Origin: Macrostomum lignano | Lineage: Eukaryota | Length of the DNA: 64,000 nt | Assembly: GCA_002269645.1 (NCBI GenBank) | Contig: NIVC01000405.1 | Span: forward strand, 114,720 to 178,719 | Reading direction: 5' to 3' | In this document: positions 1-12,900 of the stretch, piece by piece | Layout of the letters: each line of letters starts with the position of its first letter | Numbering within the stretch: position 1 is the first letter of the stretch | Translations under genes and position numbers: made by a program | The notes under the pieces: model-generated | Told to the model about the DNA's origin: nothing | Database searches by the model: none | Seen by the model: the letters and a program-made list of their open reading frames with translations, nothing else

Positions 1-3000
1 CAGCGTAGCCTCCAGATTCTTCGCTTCGAGAATTTTACCCGCTAGTAGAAAGAAAATACCTATTGGCGTGTACCTGTTTTGGTGTAGTGATCAAAAGAGT
101 TGTGACTTTGATATATATAGCCTTTGGGTTATGAGCACATCCTCATGTTATGATTACGATTACGATTACGATAACGATAAAATCATAAAATCATTTTATG
201 ATTATGAGCACATCATCATTTGATGATTATGAGCACATCCTCATTTTATTATTATGAGCACATCCTCATTTTATTATTATGAGCACATCCTCATTTGATG
301 ATTATGAGCACATCCTCATTTTATGATTATGAGCACATCCTCATTTTATTATTATGAGCACATCCTCATTTTATTATTATGAGCACATCCTCATTTGATG
401 ATTATGAGCACATCCTCATTTTATTATTATGAGCACATCCTCATTTTATTATTATGAGCACATCCTCATTTGATGATTATGAGCACATCCTCATTTTATG
501 ATTATGAGCACATCCTCATTTTGTGATTATGAGCACATCCTCATTTGATGATTATGAGCACATCCTCATTTTATAATTATGAGCACATCCTCATTTGATG
601 ATTATGAGCACATCCTCATTTTATTATTATGAGCACATCCTCATTTTATGATTATGAGCACATCCTCATTTTGTGATTATGAGCACATCATCATTTTATG
701 ATTATGAGCACATCCTCATTTTGTGATTATGAGCACATCCTCATTTTATGATTATGAGCATTTTCTCATTTCATGATTATGAGCAAATCATCATTTCATT
801 ATTATGAGCACATTCTCATTTCATGATTATGAGCAAATCATCATTTTATGATTATGAGCACATCCTCATTTTGTGATTATGAGCACATCCTCATTTGATG
901 ATTATGAGCACATCCTCATTTTATAATTATGAGCACATCCCCATTTTATGATTATGAGCACATCCTCATTTTATTATTATGAGCAAATCATCATTTTATG
1001 ATTGAGCACATTCTCATTTCATGATTATGAGCACATTCTCATTTCATGATTATGAGCAAATCATCATTTTATGATTATGAGCACATCCTCATTTTAAGAT
1101 TATGAGCATTTTCTCACTTTATGATTTTGAGTACATGCTAAACTATTAGTTATGAGCATATAAGATCGGCTATAAAATAAACCCAGAAAGATGCACAGAT
1201 CTGATACTCAATAAACTCACCATATAATGGCTCTCAGCATTAGCATAACCACATCGTTGATTATGTTGAACAATCGAACTAACAGCAAAGCACTGTCGCC
1301 CATTCGCCTAATGACGATTCCAATAAATATGGACACAGAGACCAAGCCTAAAGTGCAATAATATTATTCATACTCAACATATTGCAGCCTAGTATAATAA
1401 GATAGGGAAACAGTGAATGCAAAAATTCACCCAAAGCGTTAAATCCATCAACAGTGGTGACCTTAAATGTCTGACTTATTTCCCATCCAGTAGAATTGTC
1501 AGCATTTAAAACAGTTTTATTCTTGGTTGTGACAACTGTGGCGGTCCGCCGGAAGCAGGCTTCCACTAAATTATCCGGAACCAAATTTCTGCAACAATGA
1601 ACCAAGTACTACTCAAATAGAAGGACGGGGCACTACGTTTCTGAAAAAAACTTCGCTGAAAAAGAATCAGGTTTTCGCCGAAAAATACACTACGGAGATA
1701 AGAGCTACGGAGGTAGACCCAATGCTCATCTTTTGATATGCTGTGCCTTTCTTATACCTGGTAGCTCCATTGATATTTATAAAGCTTTTCGTTCAGAAAA
1801 TTAGGATTCTATGTTAATTTTTATTCTACGTACAAATTGCATATGTCCCGTGCCTAAAAACCATTAAATGGCACGGCTCGGCTTATTAGTTTTATGAATC
1901 TATTCTGTCATTGTTAGCTCACTGTGTAACAATAGCTATGTGTAACAAAGATGATAAAATTGATTCATAAAACCATAGTCGAACTTTGCCATGCATTTTA
2001 ATGATTTTAGGCACAAGAAGTGTATTCATAAATGTATTAATAAATGCATTTAAGAATATCAATAGAGCTATAACAAAGGCACAACATATCAAAAGATGAA
2101 CATTCGTTCTGCCTCCAATCCAAAGCAATAACAATTTTAATATGGAAAAAAGTGAACAGCTATTATGTCCGTAATGTTTTTTTTTCGGCGAAAACCAGCA
2201 TCCTTACTCATTTCCCGTCCTCCTACTTGAGTAGTCCATGCATTAAACTTTTAATCAATCTAATTTATTTTGAATCGATTTATAAAGCAACATAACGCTA
2301 GCTAGACAATTGCGATTACCTCAACAGGTCAAGAATTGCATGCAGAGTATCAGTGTAGGAGCCAATCTCAGTGACAGCGTTGCTCTGAAGCTTTTCTACC
2401 GGACTTCCGGGTTGAATAACCATGACAAATACGATGCCCAAAGCTGTGGCAGAGAATGTGGTCACTGTGTAATAGGCTACCGTGATCAGACCGATTCTGC
2501 CGAATGATCCCGCATTAAGATTTGGTAATCCTGAAATGGAATATTGTTTCTAGTGCGACGCGTCAAGCCTGGCTCTAAAGCCGGCAGGTACACAGCAATT
2601 TTAGTTGAAGGAACCGCAAACTTTTGGGTTGACAATATTTGGTCTCTTGGTGGGCGATCCTGTCTCATTGTGGGCGCCACTGTCTCATGATGGGCGCCCC
2701 TGTCTCATGATGGACGCCCCTGTCTCATAATGGGCGCCCCTGTCTCATGATGGACGCCCCTGTCTCATGATGGGCGCCCCTGTCTCATGATGGACGCCCC
2801 TGTCTCATGATAAGCGCTCCTGGGACTTTTTCAAGTTTAATGTTGATAAAATAGTTTCAATTTTGATAGGATCATAATTTTGTCTCTAAAGGGGTTTTTG
2901 ATGGTGCTGATTTCAAATTTGAGCTCCATTTTTAGGTAGCTTTAACCCAATTATATGTAGCTTAAAACCAACCACCGGGGCATGAGGAATGGGGGGTTTT

Positions 3001-4533
3001 AGGGTGGGGAGATTCTTCATGGGGATTGATTTTATCAACATAAACTTGAATAGAGGCATAGAGACCTATTCAAGATTGTGTTGATAAATTCCAATTCTAA
3101 TAGGGAGGAGGGTTGTAGCTTAAAACCAACTACCAGGGCATGGGGAATAGGGGGTTTTAGGGTGGGGAGATTTTTCATGAGGATTGATTTTATCAACATA
3201 AACTTGAATAGAGGCATGGAGACCTATTCAAGATTGTGCTGACAAATTCCAATTCTAATAGGGGGGAGGGGTTGTAACTCTACGACACGAGAAAAGAGAG
3301 AATCCACCAAAGAGTCAACATAATTATGTCAGAAGTTGGTTGAATTCTATAACTTTATCTAAATGAATTTGCTTACCAAAATCAGGTGCTGTTACTTCCT
3401 TAATACAATAGAATTAGTAATCTAGCCTTGTACAGTAATTGGTTTTGAGGAGCGAAATGCTTTAAGGTTGCGAACATTGCTTTGGCTGGGTGCAGTGAAA
3501 GTGGTAGTGCAAACATTGAGCCGGTCGTGACAGTTTTTAAAAAAAGCAAACAATGACATGGCACTGTCTATGCATTATAACTAAATTGAAAAACTATTAT
3601 CAGCCAACGTAAAAGACAATTGCATGTTAATTTGTAGATATTATTATTCATCTTTAATTGGCCTAATGAAGTTCTAGCACATGTGCTATTAGATTAAAAT
3701 CTAGTGGATACACTTTCAAAAATGTATTCGTGGAAACGTTTTCTCACCGAACGTCATTAAGAGAATAGGGAATCGAGTAAATCGTGATTGCATCAACTAT
3801 AAAGGTAATTTTCTACACTTCTTTTGCATTTTTATAATTTTGGGTGCCCCATAAGTCTCCAATGCAAGTTTTAGAAAAATCGAAAAATCAGAAGTATTTT
3901 ATCAACATAAACTTGAAGAAGTCCCGCCCCTGTCTCATGATGGGCGCCCCTGTCTCATGATGGGCGCCCCTGTCTCATGACGGACGCCCCTGTCTCATGA
4001 TGGGCGCCCCTGTCTCATGATGGGCGCCCCAGTCTCTTGGTTATTGAGTTAAAAATCATCACCGAAAATGTCACAGAAGAATGCTTATTGAGGTCGAGGA
4101 TGAGCAAATGAAATTATGAAATCAGTTTGATTCAATCGATCTCACCAACAATCAGAGACGAAACCACCAGCGGAATGGTCATCATTTTAAACATGTTCAT
4201 CATCAGAACGCCCGGGAAACCAATTATCAGTATGGTTCGATCGCTTAGATTGACATTACGGAGCAGTGCTCCGATCATTGAGCCAAGCACTACAGCTAGT
4301 ACGGTGAGCATGGTTAAAATGTTGTCAGTGTTGCGAAACCAGCTGACAACAATTGCTTCTTGAGATTCTGCTGCTTGCTGTTGCTGCTGATGAGGCGTTT
4401 GTCGATGTTGCTGCTGTTCTACCGGCTGCTGCTCAACTTTCCGTTCAGGTTCGCTATCGATGACGAAGTCCTGTCTCTGCAATTGCTTCGATTCGCCCGA
4501 CTGAATGCTTGGACTTTTATCCGGTTCCACCAT
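1..4533 (-). CDS. SLC1/EAAT glutamate-transporter family, divergent paralog B, 3'-partial; exons complement(4146..4533, 2320..2530, 1431..1588, 1221..1347, <1..73)
   Basis: All GT-AG junctions are phase-compatible. Translation gives ...GFPGVLMMNMFKMMTIPLVVSSLIVG-LPNLNAGSFGRIGLITVAYYTVTT...IQPG...DLLR-NLVPDNLVEACF...NALG-LVSVSIFIG...IIW-YTPIGIFFLLAGKIL, i.e. SLC1 TM1-TM6. Intron positions match paralog A. The start codon is uncertain (first in-frame ATG at 4533; the ORF track start at 4581 is TTG). Confidence 0.9.
129..1135. repeat. 25-bp minisatellite (ATTATGAGCACATCCTCATTTTATT), about 40 copies, in paralog B intron 4
   Basis: Period 25 read directly (GAGCACATCC at 231 and 256). Confidence 0.97.
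2662..2822. repeat. 20-bp minisatellite (GATGGGCGCCCCTGTCTCAT), about 8 copies
   Basis: Tandem copies visible; the same unit recurs at 3926-4040. Confidence 0.93.
2957..3275. repeat. Direct tandem duplication of an approximately 160-bp unit
   Basis: TAGCTTAAAACCAAC...TTTTATCAACATAAACTTGAATAGAGGCA...CCAATTCTAATAGGG occurs at about 2957 and about 3117. Confidence 0.9.
3926..4040. repeat. Second array of the 20-bp GATGGGCGCCCCTGTCTCAT unit
   Basis: About 5-6 tandem copies. Confidence 0.92.
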
Positions 4534-7500
4534 TGCGCGGTCCTCTAGCTCGGCAGCTTTTATTTCTTCTCGAGTATCCAAGTTGGTGTAATGTTAAACA
4601 GTATCATACACGAAAAGTAAAACGTATTGTGAACTGAGACTGGATGTGTTTGTGTATTTAAAAAGTCTCACCTATTGCTTAAGTTTAATGCGACTTACTG
4701 CTGCCTTTGGTACGAGTCTATGGTACGAACTCACTGAGATTGCTCTTTTGTCACATGATTTGACGTCCATGAGATGCTTGCGTTCCTCTTTGAGTCGGGC
4801 CAGATCCCCTCAGCACAGATCGTCATCGTTATGACAGATTTCATTAGTTCAAACAGACACGAATCATCTTCAAACTTTAAAATTAATCGAGCGAATAGAA
4901 TCCCTAAAACACATTAGAACTGTTGTCCCCACAGCACATTAAGAGCGTAGAACGAACTCCAAACCAGCACATTTAGGTAAAGTGTTATAGTTAATTGAAT
5001 GTTGGGCTTAGTGAGCCATAGTGTGTGATATATAACTTGCATTGCTTTTAGAACACACAGGCTGTACATACGTAAAACACATACGTACATATTGAAACTG
5101 GCATTGCTTTGCAAAATCGAGTAACTTCATTTTCTTCATGGATGTTTCATATGTCTCACTACACATGTAGTCTACTGTATAAACGTTAGAAAATGAAGTC
5201 AATAAATAACTGCAATTAGCTGACTGTTTTCGGACAACCACAAATTTATATTTGCTTATGATTTTTGTAAATATATATTATTAATAATATGACGAACCCA
5301 GAGGTATAACAGAGTAAAAAAAGTTTTTTTTCGTAAAAATTTCTGGGCAATATAAAATATAGTGATAGGTGAAAAATAACAGCATATGATGCACAGAGAG
5401 GGCTTCAAATGGCATAAAAGTTTTCTTTGAAAAAAATAGTCTATTGAGGTTGCCGAAAATTTTCTCCGTATAAAAACAATAACCAATGAACTAAAATATT
5501 ACGTAAACACATTGTGAACGGTGATGTGGTGTGAAGATTATAACAATTACAAAATCTGCACTCAGTATGTATTTTAGAAATTATTTAAAAAGTATTCACC
5601 TTGAAAACTTTTAAAAGCTGATAAATACTTTTTAAATACGAGCTATCTAGAAGATGCAGGTCACAACAAATCGAAGAGTAAACAAAATTTACGAACAAAA
5701 GCTACAAGAATAGTCAGCTAGGGTCTAATTTTCGTAGTCTAGGATAATAAATAGACATGATTATGCGGGACGGGGGGCTTACAAGTATAAAATGTAAAAA
5801 GCACAAAACATTTGTTTAACTGGCCGTAATTAAAAGAATAAAACAAATTTAATTGTCCGTGCAGCAATAGAACGCAACAAAATTTGACAAATTAGGACCA
5901 CTGAAAAATGAGGAACCTGCGTATTGAGAGTGGTTAACACAAATTGATGATGATTTTCGATGTATTCGATTTAGATTATGCGTTAAATATGAAAGAGTGA
6001 GAAAATTTTAGTTTTTTTCTAAATTTCGCAATTTAATATATTCGGTTTTAATGATCAGGTTGATATCAGTTTGATTCAAAAGTTTCTTCAGAAAGATTTG
6101 ATTAAAACAAATTTTGAGCCGTATGCCTACTTCGATAACGCTTTTAAACCATTGAAAGTATTAAGCAATTAAGGGATTATAGTTTAAAATAATTTAATAA
6201 TCTGAATTTTGCTTTCACACTCTTTGTAGGCTTTAAGAATACGGCTCCAATAGCAAGGTGAGAACAATTGACTCACTTTTGATTCGACTAAAAAGATGCG
6301 TTTAAAGTTTTGTGATTAGAGACATTAGATACATGCAAATTAGCTAACAAAAGAAATTCTGCACCAAACGGAAACATAGCATTTGGGCGTTTCATTTATA
6401 GTAGCAATAATTTGTAGATTTGTAACACCATATTGCAAGCTGTTTTCTCATTGCACGTTACGTAGCTAAAATTGATGAGCCTGTTGTGTTACTTACTCAA
6501 GAGAGGTGAGTACAAATATAGGCAGTAAAAAATCAAAAACTAATTCATGAAAATATTATACAGCAACAGAAATACACGTAACCCTGCAAGGGGGACATTC
6601 AATCTCTCAAGTACTCATAGCCGCGTACAGCGATCCGACGTTCCGACAAATATATGTACTTTTTCATCAGCCGATGTAATAATGTAAACGCACATATTTC
6701 GCTGTATGGGATACCTGCAATTACGAGCTTTGACACGTGTTTTGTTAACACTTGAGACAAACTTACTCGGGAAGTGGCACCACGTACTCTCAGAAATTTA
6801 GATTGCCGACAGTAAATTTAATATCGTTTGTAGCTCGGTTCGAATGTATTTTTACAGGTGTCACAAAAGCAGGATTTTCCCTCGGGAGCGGATTTTACCG
6901 AGAATTAAACCTGCTGGGATTGATTCTATGCTAATTTCATTTTTCAATTACCAAATGAGAACGCGGTTTATCACTTTGCTCTTTTGCTACACTCATGGTT
7001 GCAGATGATGCGTGCTAGCAAAACGGACTTATACACAATAGTATAAAAATTAAAATATGACGAGGTACACAAGTGCGTTTGTACATAATGCAGACAAAAT
7101 AAAAGACGATAAAAAAATGTTTGCCAACATCGAATCAGTTAAAATTCAGACAAAGATGATATAAAAATATCTTGCGAGTTGCGCAAGCAATATATATGAG
7201 ACGATAATTCTGGTAAAAAAACTTGTACAATAAAGTTGGTTAAACTGCAAACAGAGGTAACAAAACGAGGTCACAAGTCCGGATGAATTTCGGGCGTTAA
7301 GAAACTAATGAATTTTTATCACGAAGAAAGTATCATAATTATATGTAGGCATGATTCAATCGTGCTTATATGAACGTTGTTGCAGTCCTTCAATATTGTA
7401 CATTAAAACAATAGATTACACACAAACTCCTAGCTATTCACAAGTTAAAGAAAGTTTTTGCAAATTTATTGGTGAAGGATAGCAGAAGCTAGATTAACAA

Positions 7501-8624
7501 AGGAACAAAAAGTTCAAAGGTCATCTTAGTGAAAAAACACAAATTTATGCTGGAATTGTTTTGCTTTGTCAACAAGGTTTTGTGAAGTTTTTTCTTAAAA
7601 AAACTCCGATATTTGATTATTACAACTGATATTCCTAACTTATACTTCAGAGTATAGGTTAGGAACTGATATCTGTGACTGGAAAGGTTCTGCTAAAAAT
7701 TAATGTCCTGTGTTTCGTCTTTGTTACTGCGGAATGAATGGAATAGTTCCATGCTATTCACAAAGCCGATTATAAAAATTGTAAAAAAGGACAAACTCAC
7801 AAATGAAAATGAGTGAAACCAGGACTATAAGCTATATAGGGTTTGTTGCAAGAAACACAAAATCTTTTCTCTCCCTCAGACTGGCTCGGTCTCAACTGAT
7901 ATTACTATTGTCTAAGTCTATATACACATGTAATAGCAACTCACTGCCACTTAATCGCCTCCTTCAAACTCTTAGGTAAGCGACGCCTGGTGCTCGACTC
8001 CTGCTCTGCCTCCGTCATGCGGTGCGTCTGCGTTCGCGATAAAATGGGAAAACAAGGGTTGGACGCAGGTGGCAAATAAGCAGTTGCTATTAGGCGTGCA
8101 AGCTAGCGAGCGCGAGCAAAGCCAATAAGCAGCAATTATTAAAGTTTGACAACAAGGGAGCAACATGATCTAGAGTACGCTGTGTACATGTACTTCTGAT
8201 AGCTAAACTATGCACTTTTTAAATACTGTATAGTCAAGTCTGTTTTAAATTAAGAATGCAATCCAATCATACTTAGAACAAGATAATTCATAATTAATTG
8301 ATTATTTTATCAAATCAGAAATATTACTAAAAAGTTTCAGTGCACCTAATTGCACCGAAAAATTTGCTGATTCGTGCACCGCTAAAGCGCTTTTTTATAC
8401 TCTCCTACGATATACATTCTACAAACGAATTGTATAAAAGAATAAGTTATGAACATGCAGTTAGTCATGCAAAAAACAGCAAATAAAAGTGTTTAAAATC
8501 CAAAATAAGTACTACAGTAAATACGTGATATAGATACGGAATTAAAATTCCTGCAAAAAATTGTGCACTAGCTATACTTCTTACTGGTTTCATGCAACCT
8601 AAGCTTAGTTATAAGCCGTTCAAA

Positions 8625-8765
8625 CACTGCAACATCAGCCATCCAATTCTGCAACATCAGCCATCCAATTCTGCAACATCAGCCATCCAGTGCTGTGCAG
8701 CCATCCAGTGCTGCAACATCAGCCATTTAATGCTGCAACATCAGCCATCCAACTTTGCAACACCA
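8625..8765. repeat. 21-22-bp minisatellite (CTGCAACATCAGCCATCCAATT), about 6 degenerate copies
   Basis: Tandem copies visible. Confidence 0.85.
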
Positions 8766-9972
8766 GGTATTGAGCTGTATAATAATAGCTCATCTATATA
8801 CGTTGGCTTATTAGTCCCTCAAGTACACATAATAACAACTGGTGCAATATTTTTTAACGTAAATGTAACTATTCAACATTAGCATGGGTATTTAATTCAC
8901 TGTTTTTCGATACTGAAACCAATTTTAATGCTAAATTAATGGTGTATTTTAATAAATTAACAATTATGGGATGAAGTGTCGCTGACTAAGACAGTCACTC
9001 CAAATGTGTGCAGTTAAACAAATATTTTGCGAAAAGATATCGGAATGGCAGTTAGCAACAATAATCCGGTATTGTATCGGTTTTTAATCAGCACAGGGCA
9101 TCAAGGTATTTACTAAACTTTCTTAACTGGCTACTTATTATAATAAATTTCAAGTAGCATCTATCGGTTTTCGTGCTTAAATTTTAGGATAAGGGTCTCG
9201 ATTAACTAAACAAAAGATCTGAAGGAGGAGAGAGAAATAAAGACTGTGTGTTCCGGACACTCATGTAATATATAATGCCATGAATTAAATAAGATTAATT
9301 TGTTTATCGGTATCCAGTTTGTGCAGCTAATTGAATTATAATTTGGTTACGGTTAGCCTCAAAATAAACAAGTTATTCAAAAATTCGTGATAGCTGAAAA
9401 CTATATAACAAAAACCGTGCTTATCTAGAATAGTTTTAACAAAGGGTTCATTGATGAATATATAATTCATTCAATTCGAATGAAAACACACATGGTCATT
9501 TGAATTGTCAATAGATATTATAAAACAGTGACAATATCATGCAGCCAATGAAACCTTAAACTTGAACTTGGATGATTTCTTAGCTCAGATAACAACTCAT
9601 ATTATTATTGCATTCATGCGATTAGCTAATCTTAGCAATATGACCTTTCTTGTTCTTGTTGATCTCTAAAAGAGTCCGTGCAAAAATGAATTCAAATTTT
9701 TCTTTACACTTTTAACGTCCCTATATTTATGAAGTCACTTTTTATAGTTTCGTACTTTCGGGATTAGTTTGGTAAAAATTACGCATCATCATCCAGGTAT
9801 TTAATTAATCCCTAATTAAGAGATCCTATCATATAGATATCAATATTAATTAAAGATCCCAAATGTACTCGTACTTTCGACGATGTATACCAAAGTGTCA
9901 TTCACGTAAAGTGACTCCCTGTGTATGAACATTCTCTAGTTACTATTGTCCCTATACATTCATTCGCTACAC

Positions 9973-12900
9973 TCAATACATTGGCTGCTCAACTCGCAGC
10001 TCGTTGCCTAGCGACCGCTGCCTGCCAGAATTGGTGGCCGGCGCCGTTTCTATGGCTACGGCCGGGTACAAACCTCTCTGATGGTGCTGCTCGTTGATCT
10101 GCAGAGCCGCGGCCACGCTGAGTCGGCGAGGCTGTCGAGAGTCGCTAGGGCGTCTGGTGCCACCGGCGCTGCTGCCGCCGCCTCCGCCGCCGCTAAACGA
10201 AGCCGTTTCCATGGCAACAGCGGCAGCTTCCATCGCTTCGCGAGCCTCGGCGGCCGCTTCGGCGTCCTGCTTTTGCAGCTCGCCCCGGCAGAAATGGTCC
10301 ACAATGCCAGCACCGAAGGCGTCGCCCACAACGTTGATTGACGTCCTCATCCGGTCTCTGGGGGTGCGTTGGGCAAGTTTTAATGAAACTAAATTGACAA
10401 AACCAAAGGAAATTTAATTTTGTTTTAGAAAAAAGGAAAATTGTATTCCTAAACTCTCGAAAAAGTGAGTAAAATACTTTTTGTCATACATAGAGTAACG
10501 CTTATGAGGGGGATTTAATGTTCGGGGATGGATTTGATTCTTGGGGAGGATTTGATGTTTTGGGGAGAGAACTAGATGTTTTAGGGTGAATTTGATGTTT
10601 GGTGTAAGGAGTTAATGCTTGGGGAAGTATTTGATGTTCGAGGGAGGAGTTGATGTTGGGGGAGGTTTAAGGTTGAGAGAGGATTTTATGTTTGATGTGA
10701 GGGGTTGATTTTCGGTGTGAGGATTTGATATTTGGGGAGGATTCGTGGTGGTAGGATTTGATGTTTGGTGCGAGGTTTTTATGTTTGGTGTGAGGGGTTG
10801 ATGTTGGGAGGATTTGATGTTTTAGATTAATAACCCACTTGTAAGAGCTCTGGCTAACGCTGCTTTTAAGAAACAGAGTCCGTCGGAGAGGCGATTCAAG
10901 CTCCTGGGACTTTTTACCCATCGCTCCCGTAAGGATATTTTATAAAAGTTACATCCGCAATCCGATTAATCCTTCGAGGATAATGAGGGAACTATACGAA
11001 TGTCTCAGTAGCTGGATAAATGCAACATGACTACAGTTCCGCGTTCATTATTAGTTTCGTGCAGACAAAACATCGCGACCTGGGCTCTAATTAACGTCTC
11101 AGATCTGCTCTGGACACCAAAGTTCTTCCAGCATCGCCTTAGGGGATTGTGCTTCTTCACAGCGGGGGAGGAGGGTTAAAACTTTACATGTAGCTAGCCA
11201 GAAATATTCCTTAGCTTTTCGAGAGAAAAAAATCAGGACCGCGAGACTGACAAAAAAACCAACGCGGCACAAGCCTCACTGCTGGCCTTCCTCCATCCCT
11301 GGAAGAGTTTCTACCAAGGAGAACTTAAGACCGAATCTGACGTGAAACTCTTCTCCAATTTCTTAGTTTTCAACATAAGCTTAAGGTTGGCTACAACAGC
11401 TGATATTTTTGAAAGGTGATGTCGTTCTTAAAGAAACTGAATAAGTATCCGGATCTTACTTTTTGAAATCGCGCCATTTGGATTGATAGAAGATTACGAG
11501 CTACGCTTAATAGTTTCGATGGAAGTTTTTTAAGGCACCGAAAATTCTACAGTCATATTCAACTTTTAGCTTATCCGCTGGCATTTAAACATTCTGTGAT
11601 TTTGGGGTTGGTTTTGAGGTGAATTGCACAACAAACCATGCACAGGCCAATTTTCATTCACACGAGAGCCCCAAAGCGTAACGAAAACGTTAATTGCCGA
11701 GATACTCTGTCGACGTCGACAATAAAGCCGTTATTTGTACGAATTATTTACGTTAGGTGACGTTGGCTTCAGTTTTAAAAAATGACGCAGAAGTCTTTCT
11801 GAGCACAAACTCACAAAATACACTGAAAAATTGAAAAATGAGGACTTTGGAAAGATTTCTCACTCCAGATTTTAGCCAAAGGTCTCCTTGGCTATCCCAA
11901 CTCATTCTTCGCAGTGCCAGTTAGATGCCAGGCCTTGATTACCGCGAGTGGATTGGATATTTTTGAGCGGCGCTCAACTTTAAACGACTCTGACAGGGCC
12001 AGTAGGGAGTCAGCCTGGATCTCTCTCAGACCTCAGACCACTGAGGAGAGAGCAGAGAGGCGATGTAGAACGATATTTTATTATAAGGGAGAGCCGAATG
12101 AATGCAAGAGTAATTAGATCGGGCTTGAGGGATTATGATTATGATTACTTCTTTCTCAGTTTCTAATATACGGTACAACGCTGTTTTGTTTTCGACAAAA
12201 GTCTGTGGTATCTGTGACCCAAATTACTTATCGAGTAGATATTTCTTAATTACTTTGTACAAGTTTACTCTCAATCAAGTTTAGGCAAATAAATAATAAG
12301 GATGTCTTACAGTAGCCAGTCAACAGCCAGAATCAACGAGATATCGTCAGTTGGTAGGCCAACAGCGGACAGAACCAGCACCATGGTGACCAGGCCAGCG
12401 CTGGGAACGCTGGCCGCTCCGATGGCTGCTAGGGTGGCCGTTAGGCTGCGGGTTCGAGGTTTGAGAAGGATACGCTACATGCCGAATGCGCAGTGTGAGA
12501 GCCGTGGAAATCGGTAGAATGATACCAGCTGTTCATTGTGAGAGCTAGCTGTGACGATCTTACCTTACAATAATGATCTGGGTAAAGTTCAGTGGAATAT
12601 CGTTGACCTGGGCAATGAAGATGCTGGCGACAGCCTCGTACAACGCCGTACCGTCCATGTTCACCGTGGCTCCGATGGGCAGCACAAATCGAGTGACGCG
12701 CTTATCAACGCCGTTGTTCTCCTCCAGACAGCGGAAGGTGATCGGCAGGGTGGCGGCGGAGGACGCCGTGCCCAGAGCAGTTATCCAGGCTTGGAAGATG
12801 CCGCGAAAGAACGTCAACGGATTCTTTCTTGTCATCACAAAGAATGACACGGACAGAGTGAGGCAGGAGTGAATGATGAGTCCTAGGATCACGGTGATCA

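Noticed and set aside
7972-8166. Small gene or exon between the two SLC1 paralogs
   Set aside because: A short GC-rich ORF with no recognisable motif or consistent splice partners; it may be regulatory, but that is unsupported.
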